DNA from: Candidatus Omnitrophota bacterium
Lineage (GTDB): Bacteria > Omnitrophota > Gorgyraeia > Gorgyraeales > Gorgyraeaceae
NCBI GenBank assembly: GCA_030649895.1
Contig: JAUSEX010000026.1
Span: 16,823-80,822 of the forward strand
DNA: 64,000 nt
Reading direction: 5' to 3'
The notes beneath the pieces are model-generated. The model saw only the letters and a list, made by a program, of their open reading frames with translations, was not told the origin of the DNA and searched no databases. Shown in pieces: positions 19,000-31,465 of the stretch. Within the stretch, counting starts at the first letter, position 1. Each line of letters begins with the position of its first letter. Both the position numbers and the translations under genes were made by a program.

Positions 19000-20028
19000 T
19001 TATAGCACAACTTCCCGTAAATATTTCGCTGCTTCTTCCGGCGGAGTAGGATTTATATAAAAACCTGAACCCCATTCAAAACCAGCCACCTGAGTAATCC
19101 TGGGCATAACTTCTATATGCCAGTGATAATCTTCCTCGATAGTATGCCAATACCCAAGCCTCTTTGACCGCCTAAAGGGGGCCGTGTGCAGCATATAATT
19201 GTACGGCGGATCATTCAATGCCTTTGAAAGCTTTGCAAATACTGTCTTCAAAACACTTGCCAGGTCTTTTATCTCGTCGCCTTGTATGTTCATAAAATCC
19301 GCCCTGTGGACTTTTGGCATTATCCATATTTCAAAAGGGAATCTTGAGGCAAAAGGCGCTATCGCCACCACTGTTTTTGTATCCATGACAACCCTGGAGC
19401 CTGTATCTATTTCCTGGCTTATGATATCGCAGAAAATACATCTTTCTTTGTATTCAAAATAAAAGCGCGAACCCCTAAGCTCTTCCTTCACCCTGGTAGG
19501 GGTAACAGGTGTTGCGATAAGCTGAGACCTTAAATGTTTTGTCCTGCTGCTCCCGCCCGCTTTTAATCCATGATTCTTAAACAAAAGGCAGTATTTAAAC
19601 CGAATATCTTTCTCAAGCTCGCTAATACGATAAATAGAAGTATTAATGACATCCTGTATCTCAGGTTCTGATAACTGATATACATCCGTAAGATGTTTTG
19701 GAGATTCTATTATGATCTCATGCGCGCCTATAGGGTTCATAACATCGTACATCCCGACCCCGCGCCTGTTCAGGTCCCCTTCTATTATAAATTTAGGGGC
19801 TATGCTAGGGACAACCCTGACATTCCAGCCGGGCGTATCTTTCTTTGTGTCCGGCTTTCTGATCGCAAATATCTCCGCAGGGGTTTTATTTTCACGCCCC
19901 TCGCAAAAAGGGCATTCCATTTCAGGCTCATCCGCATGTTTTATATTAAAATCGCTCGGCCTTTTAGCCCTTTCAGTGGATATTATAACCCATCTTCCTA
20001 TTACCGGATCTCTTCTTAGTTCTGGCAT
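19000..20028 (-). CDS. GalT-like paralogue with degenerate catalytic motif (HLRSQ)
   Basis: Same fold motifs (CPFC, GAHEIIIE, AGFEWGSG) but GGSSRTKHLRSQ in place of GASxxHxHxQ. Confidence 0.9.
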   Translation of the reverse strand: MPELRRDPVIGRWVIISTERAKRPSDFNIKHADEPEMECPFCEGRENKTPAEIFAIRKPDTKKDTPGWNVRVVPSIAPKFIIEGDLNRRGVGMYDVMNPIGAHEIIIESPKHLTDVYQLSEPEIQDVINTSIYRISELEKDIRFKYCLLFKNHGLKAGGSSRTKHLRSQLIATPVTPTRVKEELRGSRFYFEYKERCIFCDIISQEIDTGSRVVMDTKTVVAIAPFASRFPFEIWIMPKVHRADFMNIQGDEIKDLASVLKTVFAKLSKALNDPPYNYMLHTAPFRRSKRLGYWHTIEEDYHWHIEVMPRITQVAGFEWGSGFYINPTPPEEAAKYLREVVL

Positions 20029-20121
20029 ATATTTAATCTCAAGTTAACGCAAAACTCCGCGCAAAAAAGAAATGCCCGCGCTGTAAATTTACGGCCCTGC
20101 TAATACAATGGATGGATTATA

Positions 20122-21081
20122 TCATAAAAAACTGTCTCCGCAAGAAAAATTTTTATGGCCGGCTATAAATTCTTCAGCGGTCATTCTGCGCGAGCCTTCC
20201 GGCTGCAACTCTTCTATTTTTAATAAACCTTTTCCTGTTTTAACAAGTATGCCATTTTTATTGATTTCCAATATTGCGCCGGGCTTATCTTTGATCCACC
20301 TGTCAGGTGAGACGCCTAGCTCGCCTGACAGGTGGGCAGGCCCGGCTTTCCATATCTTAAACATCTTCCCGTTCAAATAAGTAAAACATCCCGGCCACGG
20401 CACAAAGGCCCTGACTCTATTATAAATTTCATCGGCGCTTTTCTCCCAATTAATCAAGCCGTCTTCTTTTTTTAACTTAGGCGCATAGGTTGCCTCGCTG
20501 TTATCCTGGCTTGTAAATTCAATTTCATCGCCCCTTATCAATCTTATGACATCCAGCAGCAGGCCTATCCCTTTTTCGGAAATTTTTTCCAACAATATAA
20601 TAGCGTCATCCTGCAGGTCCAGGGGCAAGGTTGCCTTAGAGATAATATCGCCTTCGTCCATTTTTTCATTCATCCGTATAATAGTTACGCCCGTTTCTTT
20701 TTCCCCATTTGCAATGGCCCAGCTTACAGGCGCCGCGCCTCTATATTTCGGCAAAAGAGAAGCATGAATATTCAGGCAATATAATTTTGGCAGATCCAAT
20801 ACCGCCTTTGAAAGTATCTGGCCAAAGCTCGCCACTATAAACAAGTCCGCGTTAAATTTCTTCAGAAATTCTATGGATTCTTTGGTGTTAACCTGTTGAG
20901 GCTGAAACGCCTTAATCCCCAGCTCTTCCGCCTTTAATTTCACGGCCGTAGGCGTTATCTTGAGAGACCTGCCCTTTTCCCTGTCAGGCTGCGTAACCGC
21001 CAGAATCACCTCTTCGCTCTTAGCAAGCTCTTCCAATATAGGCACGGCAAAGCCAGAGCTTCCAAAAAATATTATTTTCAT
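20122..21081 (-). CDS. fmt: Methionyl-tRNA formyltransferase
   Basis: VTQPDR..GR, NIHASLLPKYRGAAP, MDEGDI; adjacent to def. Confidence 0.97.
   Translation of the reverse strand: MKIIFFGSSGFAVPILEELAKSEEVILAVTQPDREKGRSLKITPTAVKLKAEELGIKAFQPQQVNTKESIEFLKKFNADLFIVASFGQILSKAVLDLPKLYCLNIHASLLPKYRGAAPVSWAIANGEKETGVTIIRMNEKMDEGDIISKATLPLDLQDDAIILLEKISEKGIGLLLDVIRLIRGDEIEFTSQDNSEATYAPKLKKEDGLINWEKSADEIYNRVRAFVPWPGCFTYLNGKMFKIWKAGPAHLSGELGVSPDRWIKDKPGAILEINKNGILVKTGKGLLKIEELQPEGSRRMTAEEFIAGHKNFSCGDSFL
20296..20335. repeat. Palindromic element inserted in frame in fmt
   Basis: CCACCTGTCAGGTGAG-N8-CTCGCCTGACAGGTGG, 16-bp arms with one mismatch; encodes HLSGELGVSPDRW. Confidence 0.8.
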
Positions 21082-21082
21082 A

Positions 21083-21589
21083 TTAGAACTCCATACAGAA
21101 CTTTACGCCAAGCTGCTTAATGATCTTCTTGCGTTTTAAGAACCCTACCTTATCTATAAACACTATTCCGTCAAGATGGTCTATTTCATGCTGTATTATT
21201 CTCGCCAGGATCCCGCCTGTATTTATTTTCAGCTCATCTCCGTCAAGATTTAACGCTTCTACCGTAACAAACTCGGGCCTCACAACATCATTGGAAACGC
21301 CGGGTAAACTTAAACATCCTTCGCAGAGTTTTACCTTGCCTTTCTTCTGGGTTATTCTTGGATTGATTAACGTTAAAACAGCTCTGTTGTCGCCTTCCAC
21401 ATCTTCTGCGACTACAATACGCCTGCTGATGCCCACCTGCGGGGCTGCCAGGCCGACTCCATTGGCAAAGCGCATCGTCTCTATCATATCGTAAGCGAGT
21501 TTCCGCTCATTATCGCCTACCTTTTCCACCCGCCTCGCTTTTTTCCGAAGGACTGGATCCGGATATATCTTTATCTCTAATTTTGCCAT
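21083..21589 (-). CDS. def: Peptide deformylase
   Basis: GVGLAAPQ, EGCLS, QHEIDHLDG. Confidence 0.98.
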   Translation of the reverse strand: MAKLEIKIYPDPVLRKKARRVEKVGDNERKLAYDMIETMRFANGVGLAAPQVGISRRIVVAEDVEGDNRAVLTLINPRITQKKGKVKLCEGCLSLPGVSNDVVRPEFVTVEALNLDGDELKINTGGILARIIQHEIDHLDGIVFIDKVGFLKRKKIIKQLGVKFCMEF

Positions 21590-21596
21590 ATTTTTA

Positions 21597-21647
21597 ATTT
21601 TACCACACCTCTTCTGTCTTGACAATCACATAAGATTATTGTAAACT
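21597..21647. promoter_or_regulatory. Back-to-back divergent sigma70 promoters with overlapping -35 boxes
   Basis: Plus: TTGACA(21619)-N17-TAAACT(21642). Minus: TTGTCA(21625)-N17-TAAAAT(21602). Confidence 0.7.
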
Positions 21648-21655
21648 TAATACAT

Positions 21656-22231
21656 ATGATGACTGAACAGGAATTAAAAGAATTTTACAGTAAAGGCCTT
21701 TTGGCGTTCGAAAAACAAAACTACGATTACGCTATTGAGATCTTCTCTCGGATAATTTCGTTCCAATACGACCACCTGGAAGCCAGGCATTATCTGCATC
21801 TATCTCTCCAGAAAACAGCAGAAGGCTCCAAGCCATCCATAATAAGTTCTATTAATAGACTATTTCTTACAATGCAGGCAGATGGGCTATTAAAAAAAGA
21901 CAATATCCTCGGCTGCCTGGAAATACTAGAAAAAATAATAGCGTCTAACCCGAACGATTCGGAAACATTGAAAAAAATTGGCGGTATATTTCATAAAAAA
22001 GGGTTGCTGTCCCACGCTATAAACAATCTGGAGGAGGCAAGGCTTGCTAATCCTAAAGATATAGATGCGCTAAAAAAACTCGGCGAGTTATATGTAAGAA
22101 AGGAAGATTACCGTAATGCCAAAACAGTCTACGAAGCAACCCTTAAAATAAACCCCGGCGATACCGAAGTCCTGAAATCCCTTAAAAATCTTGACGCCCT
22201 CGGAACCATGAAGCGCGAATTCACAAGCTAA
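21656..22231 (+). CDS. Tetratricopeptide repeat protein
   Basis: Repeated TPR helix patterns (NPND.E.LKKIG, NPKD.DALKKLG, NPGD). Confidence 0.85.
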   Translation: MMTEQELKEFYSKGLLAFEKQNYDYAIEIFSRIISFQYDHLEARHYLHLSLQKTAEGSKPSIISSINRLFLTMQADGLLKKDNILGCLEILEKIIASNPNDSETLKKIGGIFHKKGLLSHAINNLEEARLANPKDIDALKKLGELYVRKEDYRNAKTVYEATLKINPGDTEVLKSLKNLDALGTMKREFTS

Positions 22232-24243
22232 GACGGATCAACATCAACTGTTATTATAATTCCTGAACTTTTACTTCTATTCAGCGCCTTTTTCAAGATA
22301 GAGGTTATGTCTTCCGCGGCTTTAGCCCTTAAAAATATATTCCACCTGTACATGCCTTTCATTTTAGAGATCGGCGCAGGCGCAGGTCCCAGAATATCTA
22401 TATCCTTAGATTTAATTTCTTCTTCAAGGCTGGCTTTTAAATCATCGCTTACCTTAAAAACCCTTTCTTCTTTTCTTCCCCTGATAGTCAGGCTGACCAT
22501 GTGGCAGAACGGCGGAAGAAATAATTCTTTGCGCAGCGATATTTCTTTGTCGTAGAACGTATTGTAATCATGGGTTTTTGCGGCCTGTATTGAATAATGC
22601 TGCGGGGTGTAACTTTGTATTATCACCCTGCCGCCCAGGTCGCTCCTTCCTGCGCGGCCTGCAACCTGGGTCAATAAATTGAATGTGCGCTCCGCTGCCC
22701 TGAAATCTGGAAGATTTAAAGCTGTGTCAGCTGATATGACCCCCACGAGAGTAACCTTTGGAAAATCCAGGCCTTTGGCTATCATCTGCGTCCCTATAAT
22801 AATATCTATATGCCCGTTCTTAAATTTTAAAAGCACCTTGTCGTGGCTACCCCGTTTATGAGTGGAGTCCGTATCCATGCGCGCTATAGAGGCTTGAGGA
22901 AAAAACCTGTTGAGCTCGCTTTCAACCTTTTCTGTCCCAAGGCCCCAGTATTTTAAATAAGCCTCATTGCACTCAGGGCATATCTCAGGCGGTTCCATGT
23001 TGAAATTACAATGATGGCACGTTAATTTTTTCTTATCAAAATGATATGTAAGGCTGACGCTGCAGCGCTTACACTTAATGACATACCCGCATTTCCTGCA
23101 ATTTATAAAAGTTGAAAAGCCGCGCCTGTTTAAAAAAAGTATTACCTGTTTTTTTTCGGAAATATCCTTCTCTATCCATTCCCTGAGCTTCTGCGAAAAT
23201 ATCGGGATCTTTTTAGCTCTCGTCATTTCTTCGCGCATATCCACTATATCAACCGCTGGCAAAAGCCTTGAATCTATCCTCTCGGAAAGCTCGATAAGAA
23301 TAAATTTCCCGTTTTTGGCAGCATAAAAAGATTCCAGCGACGGGGTAGCGCTCCCGAGTATCACAATAGCCTTTGAAATCTCAGCCCTTTTTATCGCCAC
23401 GTCCCTGGCGTTATACCTTGGCGCGTCTTCCTGTTTATAGGATGTCTCGTGCTCTTCGTCCACAACTATCAGCCCAAGATTTCTGACAGGCGCGAATATG
23501 GCCGAGCGCGCGCCTATGACTATCTGAGCTTCTCCGGAGCTTATTCTATGCCATTCCGAAGCCCTCTTGGATCCGAGAAGCCTAGAATGGAGAATGGCTA
23601 TTTTATCCTTAAACCTGGATTTAAAACGCGCTACAGTCTGCGGGGTAAGCGAGATCTCCGGGACAAGTATTATGCTGGAAAGCCCGAGCTTTAGCGCGTG
23701 GGCGATCGATTGGAGATAAACCTCTGTCTTGCCGCTCCCCGTAACTCCATGTAAAAGAAAAACCTTGTGGCTCTTAGCGTCCATTGAGCTCATTATGAAA
23801 TCAAGGGCGTCTTGCTGCTCTTCGTTGGGCGTAAGGTGTGTATCAGAACCGTCTATGAATTCAAATTCCGCTGCATCTTCTTCATGTTTTTCTTTTCTAC
23901 TTCTTTTTCCTGAAACGCTTTTTTTAAGCACGCCTGGAACAGCAGCCGAGATCGCCTCGCCCCAGGAAGAGTAGTAATAATCCGAAATCCATTTCGTAAG
24001 CTCCAGTATATCCGGAACCAGGCGCAGATTTTTATCAATTATGCTATTGATCGGTTTGATATTTTCTATGTCGCATTTATCGGAAAGCCCTATTACATAA
24101 CCTATGACTATCTTATTTCCGAAAGATACCTCTACCACGCTGCCTACATCAAGATCATCCTTGATAGATTCAGGGATAGAATACGTAAAAGGCCCTTTTA
24201 TAGGCCGGTTAATAACTATATTGGCGAACTTATAATTACCCAT
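22228..24243 (-). CDS. priA: Primosomal protein N' (short form)
   Basis: GVTGSGKTEVY, DEEH, Zn-finger CxxC cluster, GTQMIAKGLDF, QVAGRAGR. Confidence 0.97.
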   Translation of the reverse strand: MGNYKFANIVINRPIKGPFTYSIPESIKDDLDVGSVVEVSFGNKIVIGYVIGLSDKCDIENIKPINSIIDKNLRLVPDILELTKWISDYYYSSWGEAISAAVPGVLKKSVSGKRSRKEKHEEDAAEFEFIDGSDTHLTPNEEQQDALDFIMSSMDAKSHKVFLLHGVTGSGKTEVYLQSIAHALKLGLSSIILVPEISLTPQTVARFKSRFKDKIAILHSRLLGSKRASEWHRISSGEAQIVIGARSAIFAPVRNLGLIVVDEEHETSYKQEDAPRYNARDVAIKRAEISKAIVILGSATPSLESFYAAKNGKFILIELSERIDSRLLPAVDIVDMREEMTRAKKIPIFSQKLREWIEKDISEKKQVILFLNRRGFSTFINCRKCGYVIKCKRCSVSLTYHFDKKKLTCHHCNFNMEPPEICPECNEAYLKYWGLGTEKVESELNRFFPQASIARMDTDSTHKRGSHDKVLLKFKNGHIDIIIGTQMIAKGLDFPKVTLVGVISADTALNLPDFRAAERTFNLLTQVAGRAGRSDLGGRVIIQSYTPQHYSIQAAKTHDYNTFYDKEISLRKELFLPPFCHMVSLTIRGRKEERVFKVSDDLKASLEEEIKSKDIDILGPAPAPISKMKGMYRWNIFLRAKAAEDITSILKKALNRSKSSGIIITVDVDPS

Positions 24244-24874
24244 TCAGCGCTTCCATTATTTTTTTCACGTCTTCCCATACAAGCTTCTTATCTCTGGGAT
24301 TCCGCAGAAGATAGGCAGGATGATATGTGGGCATAAATTTTATCCCTCTATATTCATGCCAGCTGCCTCTCAATTTACTTATAGGGGTTTCTATCTTTAG
24401 GAGGGTCTGACTTGCAAATTTTCCAAGCCCGCATATTACCTTGGGCCTTACCATCTCTATCTGACTGTAAAGATAATCTATGCACGCTGATATTTCTCCA
24501 GGCAAAGGGTTTCTATTCTGCGGAGGCCTGCATTTTAAAATATTGCAGATATAGACGTCTTCTCTTTCGATCCCCATAGCCTCTATTATTTTTGTTAGAA
24601 GCACGCCTGCCTCTCCGACAAAAGGCATTCCCTGGATATCTTCGTCGTGGCCCGGCGCCTCTCCTACAAACATAAGCTTCGCATCAATCCTTCCCGACCC
24701 AAATACGCTATTTGTCCGCATTTCCCCCAGAGGGCACTTTCGACAACCAGATACCTGGTTTTTGACCAAAGATAGCCTGACATCTTTCGGCTTGGATGAA
24801 AAAAGATATTCAGACACTCCGCTCTCTTTTTCCATCTCAAAATAGCTTCGTATAGATTTTAAAATATTCTCCAT
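24236..24874 (-). CDS. Uracil-DNA glycosylase, family 4
   Basis: CRKC, GEAPG, KCRPP.NR.P, TYHPAYLLRNP. Confidence 0.93.
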   Translation of the reverse strand: MENILKSIRSYFEMEKESGVSEYLFSSKPKDVRLSLVKNQVSGCRKCPLGEMRTNSVFGSGRIDAKLMFVGEAPGHDEDIQGMPFVGEAGVLLTKIIEAMGIEREDVYICNILKCRPPQNRNPLPGEISACIDYLYSQIEMVRPKVICGLGKFASQTLLKIETPISKLRGSWHEYRGIKFMPTYHPAYLLRNPRDKKLVWEDVKKIMEALNG

Positions 24875-24884
24875 ATATTTAACC

Positions 24885-24907
24885 AATCCGACTCCGTGAG
24901 TCGGATT
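24885..24907. repeat. Palindrome AATCCGACTC-CGT-GAGTCGGATT
   Basis: Same core as 58573-58597 and 6436-6479. Confidence 0.8.
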
Positions 24908-25795
24908 TTACGGTCTGGGGTGAAACTTCTGATGGATTGATTTTAACCTGTCTTTGCTCACATGCGTATAAATCTGCGTAGTAGAAATATCCGAATGCCC
25001 TAGCATTTCCTGCACTATCCTTAAGTCAGCGCCCCTTTCAAGTATATGCGTAGCGAAAGAATGCCTTAAGCTATGAGGGCTGACTTTTTTCTTTATCCTG
25101 GCTATCTTCACATATCTTTTTATGATCTTCCAGAACGTCTGGCGAGACATGGGCTTACCAAGCCTTGTTAAAAATAAAGAGTTTGAGATTTTCTTCTTTA
25201 GAAACTGCGGCCTGGATTTTTCCAGGTACCGTTCAATGCTTTCTTTCGCCTTTTTGCCAAAAGGCACTATCCTTTCCTTGGAACCTTTACCGAAACATTT
25301 TACAAAACCAACCGCCATATTTATATCGTCCATCTTGAGGTTTACAAGTTCTGAAACCCTCATGCCGGTAGCGTACATAAGCTCCATACAGGCCTTGTCC
25401 CTTATTTCCATGGGGTCCCTAGTGTTCGGGGCATTCAATAAAACCTCGACCTCGCTAATACTCAGAGTGAACGGAAGCTTCTTCCATAATTTAGGGGATT
25501 CGATAATAGTCGCGGCGTCTTCCTTGATTATATTTTCTTTTAGAAGGAACTTAAAAAAACTTTTTATACACGCGAGCTCTCTTGAGACAGAGTTGGAACC
25601 AAGGCCTCTTTCTTTTTCCGACATCATGAACGAATTTATCAGTTGCCTGGAAACCTTATCTATAGAATCAATTTTCTTGGATTTTAAAAAATCGGCAACC
25701 CTGGAAAGATCTCTTTTGTAAGAGCTGAGGGTATTATTCGCCATGCCCTTTTCAACAGATATATAACTTAAAAATTGTTCGATTAATTCATTCAT
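24908..25795 (-). CDS. xerD: Site-specific tyrosine recombinase XerD
   Basis: YATGMRVSEL, GKGSKERIVP, SPHSLRHSFATH, LGHSDISTTQIY, FHPR. Confidence 0.95.
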   Translation of the reverse strand: MNELIEQFLSYISVEKGMANNTLSSYKRDLSRVADFLKSKKIDSIDKVSRQLINSFMMSEKERGLGSNSVSRELACIKSFFKFLLKENIIKEDAATIIESPKLWKKLPFTLSISEVEVLLNAPNTRDPMEIRDKACMELMYATGMRVSELVNLKMDDINMAVGFVKCFGKGSKERIVPFGKKAKESIERYLEKSRPQFLKKKISNSLFLTRLGKPMSRQTFWKIIKRYVKIARIKKKVSPHSLRHSFATHILERGADLRIVQEMLGHSDISTTQIYTHVSKDRLKSIHQKFHPRP

Positions 25796-25815
25796 AATTA
25801 TCGCCTAGCCAGGTT

Positions 25816-26418
25816 TTAGAAACAAATGCCCTGCTTCTCATGTCCGATCGTAGATTCAGGCCCGTGCCCCGGATAAATAACATACCCATCATCCAGCGTA
25901 AATAACTTTTCTTTTATGGAATCCTTTATATCTTTTTCCGAACCGTACGCAAAATCTGTCCTACCGATGCCTTCGCAAAAAAGCGTATCCCCTGTAAATA
26001 CGGCTCTTTCGGTTTTAAGACAGATAGATCCCGGCGTATGGCCCGGCGTATGGATAACCTCAAGCTTGTATTTACCGATATTCAAAATATCCCCGTCTTC
26101 CAGCAACCTGGATGCGGTTTTCGTTCTGAGAAGGAACCCGAATGCGCTTGAAAGGTTCTTGGAAGGATCCATTAAAAAATCAGCGTCCAGCCGGTGTATC
26201 CATACGGGAATACCAAACTCCTTATTGGCGCCTATATGATCTCCATGGCCATGGGTATTGATAACAGCCTTCGGATTCAGGCCGTCTTTATCTATAACGC
26301 TTTTGATTTTCCTGTAATCTCCGCCTGGGTCTACTACAAAGATCTCTTTCGTAGTTTCATCCCCGAAAAGATAGCAGTTTGACTCCAGAGGGCCTACAAC
26401 TATTCTTTTTATAAACAT
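25816..26418 (-). CDS. MBL-fold metallo-hydrolase (YcbL/glyoxalase II-like)
   Basis: THGHGDHIG, TPGHTPG, GDTLF, PGHG. Confidence 0.92.
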   Translation of the reverse strand: MFIKRIVVGPLESNCYLFGDETTKEIFVVDPGGDYRKIKSVIDKDGLNPKAVINTHGHGDHIGANKEFGIPVWIHRLDADFLMDPSKNLSSAFGFLLRTKTASRLLEDGDILNIGKYKLEVIHTPGHTPGSICLKTERAVFTGDTLFCEGIGRTDFAYGSEKDIKDSIKEKLFTLDDGYVIYPGHGPESTIGHEKQGICF

Positions 26419-26421
26419 TGT

Positions 26422-29207
<2,786 letters not shown>

Positions 29208-29211
<4 letters not shown>

Positions 29212-30245
29212 TGTTTTTGCAGATATTCTTCGAACTTACCCCAGAAAGGATCTATCTTAGGATGCTCTAACTTATATTTTTTATCTTTTTCTATAACATA
29301 GATACCTTGATTTTTTCGGGTCACTTCTCCTGCTATGCTGGCTGGGATAGATTCATCGTTCAAAGCATTAACGACGTCTTTTGCCTTTTTACTGCTGACG
29401 GTCGCGAGCAAAGTGCCTTCGCTTATCGCTTTATACGGGTCTATATCAAAACATTCGCAGGTCTTCTTAACCTCATCCTGTAAAACTATTTTTTCAATGT
29501 AAATATCCATGCCGACATCGCTATGCATCGCCATCTCATAAAGCCCTCCGAATATCCCGCATTCAGTAGCGTCATGCATTGCTGTGACGCCGCCTGCCTT
29601 CGCTGCAATAAGCGCGTCTTTAACAGTAGACATCTGGTAATAAACATTCTGGGCTTTTTTTACAAAATTTTTTCCATATTTTTCTTCTAGGAATTTCGGG
29701 AAATACGCTGACATGAGGCCTGTCGTCTCTATAGCAGGGCCTTTTGAAATTACAATAGCATCTCCAGGCATGCATCTGGGCGCTATTAATTTTGCTTTTT
29801 TACCGATCCCGAATACAGTAGCCCCTCCGACCATAGGATAATTACAGCCTGCGTACCTCGCTGTGTGGCCTGTAATTACCGTTATTCCTAATTTTTCGCA
29901 TTCTTTATGCACGCTATCCCACATCCTGGTAAGCTCGTCTTCCGTCATGTCCGGGGGAAGATTCAGATCCACTGCCAGGTATTTAGGCGCTATTCCGCTT
30001 ACAGCTACATCGGAAGCAAGGATATGCACAGCAAACCAGGCCGCCTTTTCCATTCCCAATTCTTTTGCTATGTAAAAAGGGTCTGATGACAAGACCATGA
30101 CCTTATCTCCGAGATCAATGACCCCGAAATCAACCCCGTGCTGAGGCCCCACCAAGACAGATTTATCTTTTTTGCCTAATCTGGGATATATAACCCTGTT
30201 GAAAAAATCAGGATGTATTTTTCCTAATTCCGGCAACTTTTCCAT
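29208..30245 (-). CDS. AIR synthase (PurM)-fold protein, HypE-like but without the C-terminal Cys
   Basis: GVDFGV, SSDP, ASDVAVSG, TGHT, MHDATECG, ISEGTLL; ends EEYLQKQ. Confidence 0.85.
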
Positions 30246-30314
30246 TTGGTAATAATCTCCGTTTTATTATTCGTTGTTTTACGCTTCGTAAGTGTGAGCG
30301 GAAGGGTATTTTTA

Positions 30315-30392
30315 TGGTCGGGGAGGGCGGATTCGAACCGCCGGCCTCTTGCTCCCGAAGCAAGCGCGCTAAGCCAACTGCGCTACTCCCCG
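30315..30392 (-). tRNA. tRNA-Pro(CGG)
   Basis: CGGGGAG acceptor, CTTGC-TTCGGGA-GCAAG anticodon arm, GTTCGAATC T-loop, encoded CCA. Confidence 0.97.
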
Positions 30393-30404
30393 CCCTAAAT
30401 CTAA

Positions 30405-30435
30405 AAAGCTGGGCAGGTTTAAACCTGCCCAGCTT
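30405..30435. repeat. Palindrome AAGCTGGGCAGGTTT/AAACCTGCCCAGCTT
   Basis: Perfect 15-bp arms with no loop; resembles a GTAG-type REP core and may also act as a terminator for rmuC. Confidence 0.7.
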
Positions 30436-31464
30436 CTATCCTTTACTTTCTAGTTTCTTTTTATCTTCCAGTGAATCCGCAGATAGCAGCTTGTCTTCGA
30501 ATTTATCCAGACTCTTTGCTGCCCTTTCGTAGCTTGATTTTATATTGTCAATATGGCTGCCCATTACCTCGAAATCCTGCGTAAATTTCCCAAGAGATCC
30601 TTTCAAAGTAATCAGCATCTTTATCACTTCCTGCGCCTTCTCCTCCACTTTCAAACCTCTCATACCCAGAATAATCACCTGCAAATACGCGTAGAAACTA
30701 TTCGGAGACACAGGTATGACTTTTTTGGATATAGCGTGCGTAAATATGGACTTTTCTTCTCCGAAACCTTCGTCTTTTATAATCGTTTCGTAATAGACAT
30801 TTTCCGCTGGGATATACATAAGGGCAAAATCATAAGTGCCCTCGTCAGGAAGTATATATTTAGCGGCAATATCATCTATATGCGTTTTTACCGCTTTTAT
30901 AAATTCCTTTTTAGCGCGTTTTTTATCTTCGTCTCCTGTTACCTCCACAAAACGTTTAAAACTCTCCAGCGGAAATTTTGAATCCACAGGCACAAGCCTT
31001 GTCCCTATCTTAATAGCGGCATCAACCCTTTCGCCTGTCTTAAAACAATGCTGAAGCTCATAAAAATCCTTACTGGGCATTATCTGGGCTAAAAGCGATT
31101 CAAGAAACAATTCTCCCAGTCCACCTCTCATTTTAGGCGCCTTGAGTATCTCTTGCAGACTCGCTATATCTTTTCCTACTTCATAAATTTGCTGGGTCTT
31201 TTCATCCAGGGAGCCAAGGCTTTTCTGGACATCGCCAAAAACCCTTGCGGCATTATCCAGTCTCTGGCCAACGCCGCTATTTACTGACGCCAGCTGGGTT
31301 AAAATCAAATCTGTATTTTTTGAAAGCGTATCGCTCCATTCCCTGCGAAGCGCGTTTATTTTTTCTTCACCCTCTTTTGACGCAGAATTGCTCATCTTTC
31401 TGCTAAAAAAGTATATTAGGACCGCTATAACGCAAAAACCTATAATGTTTACCGCTATTATCAT
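30436..31464 (-). CDS. rmuC: DNA recombination protein RmuC
   Basis: RGGLGELFLE, VDSKFPL, KYILP.EGTYDFALMYIPAE, VSP. Confidence 0.93.
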   Translation of the reverse strand: MIIAVNIIGFCVIAVLIYFFSRKMSNSASKEGEEKINALRREWSDTLSKNTDLILTQLASVNSGVGQRLDNAARVFGDVQKSLGSLDEKTQQIYEVGKDIASLQEILKAPKMRGGLGELFLESLLAQIMPSKDFYELQHCFKTGERVDAAIKIGTRLVPVDSKFPLESFKRFVEVTGDEDKKRAKKEFIKAVKTHIDDIAAKYILPDEGTYDFALMYIPAENVYYETIIKDEGFGEEKSIFTHAISKKVIPVSPNSFYAYLQVIILGMRGLKVEEKAQEVIKMLITLKGSLGKFTQDFEVMGSHIDNIKSSYERAAKSLDKFEDKLLSADSLEDKKKLESKG

Positions 31465-31465
31465 T

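Noticed and set aside
24908-25795. Tyrosine recombinase as a prophage or island integrase
   Set aside because: Has XerD hallmarks and length and a housekeeping context; no att duplication or cargo
30314-30532. 72-aa ORF beginning MVGEGGFEPP
   Set aside because: Reverse translation of tRNA-Pro; a common artefact
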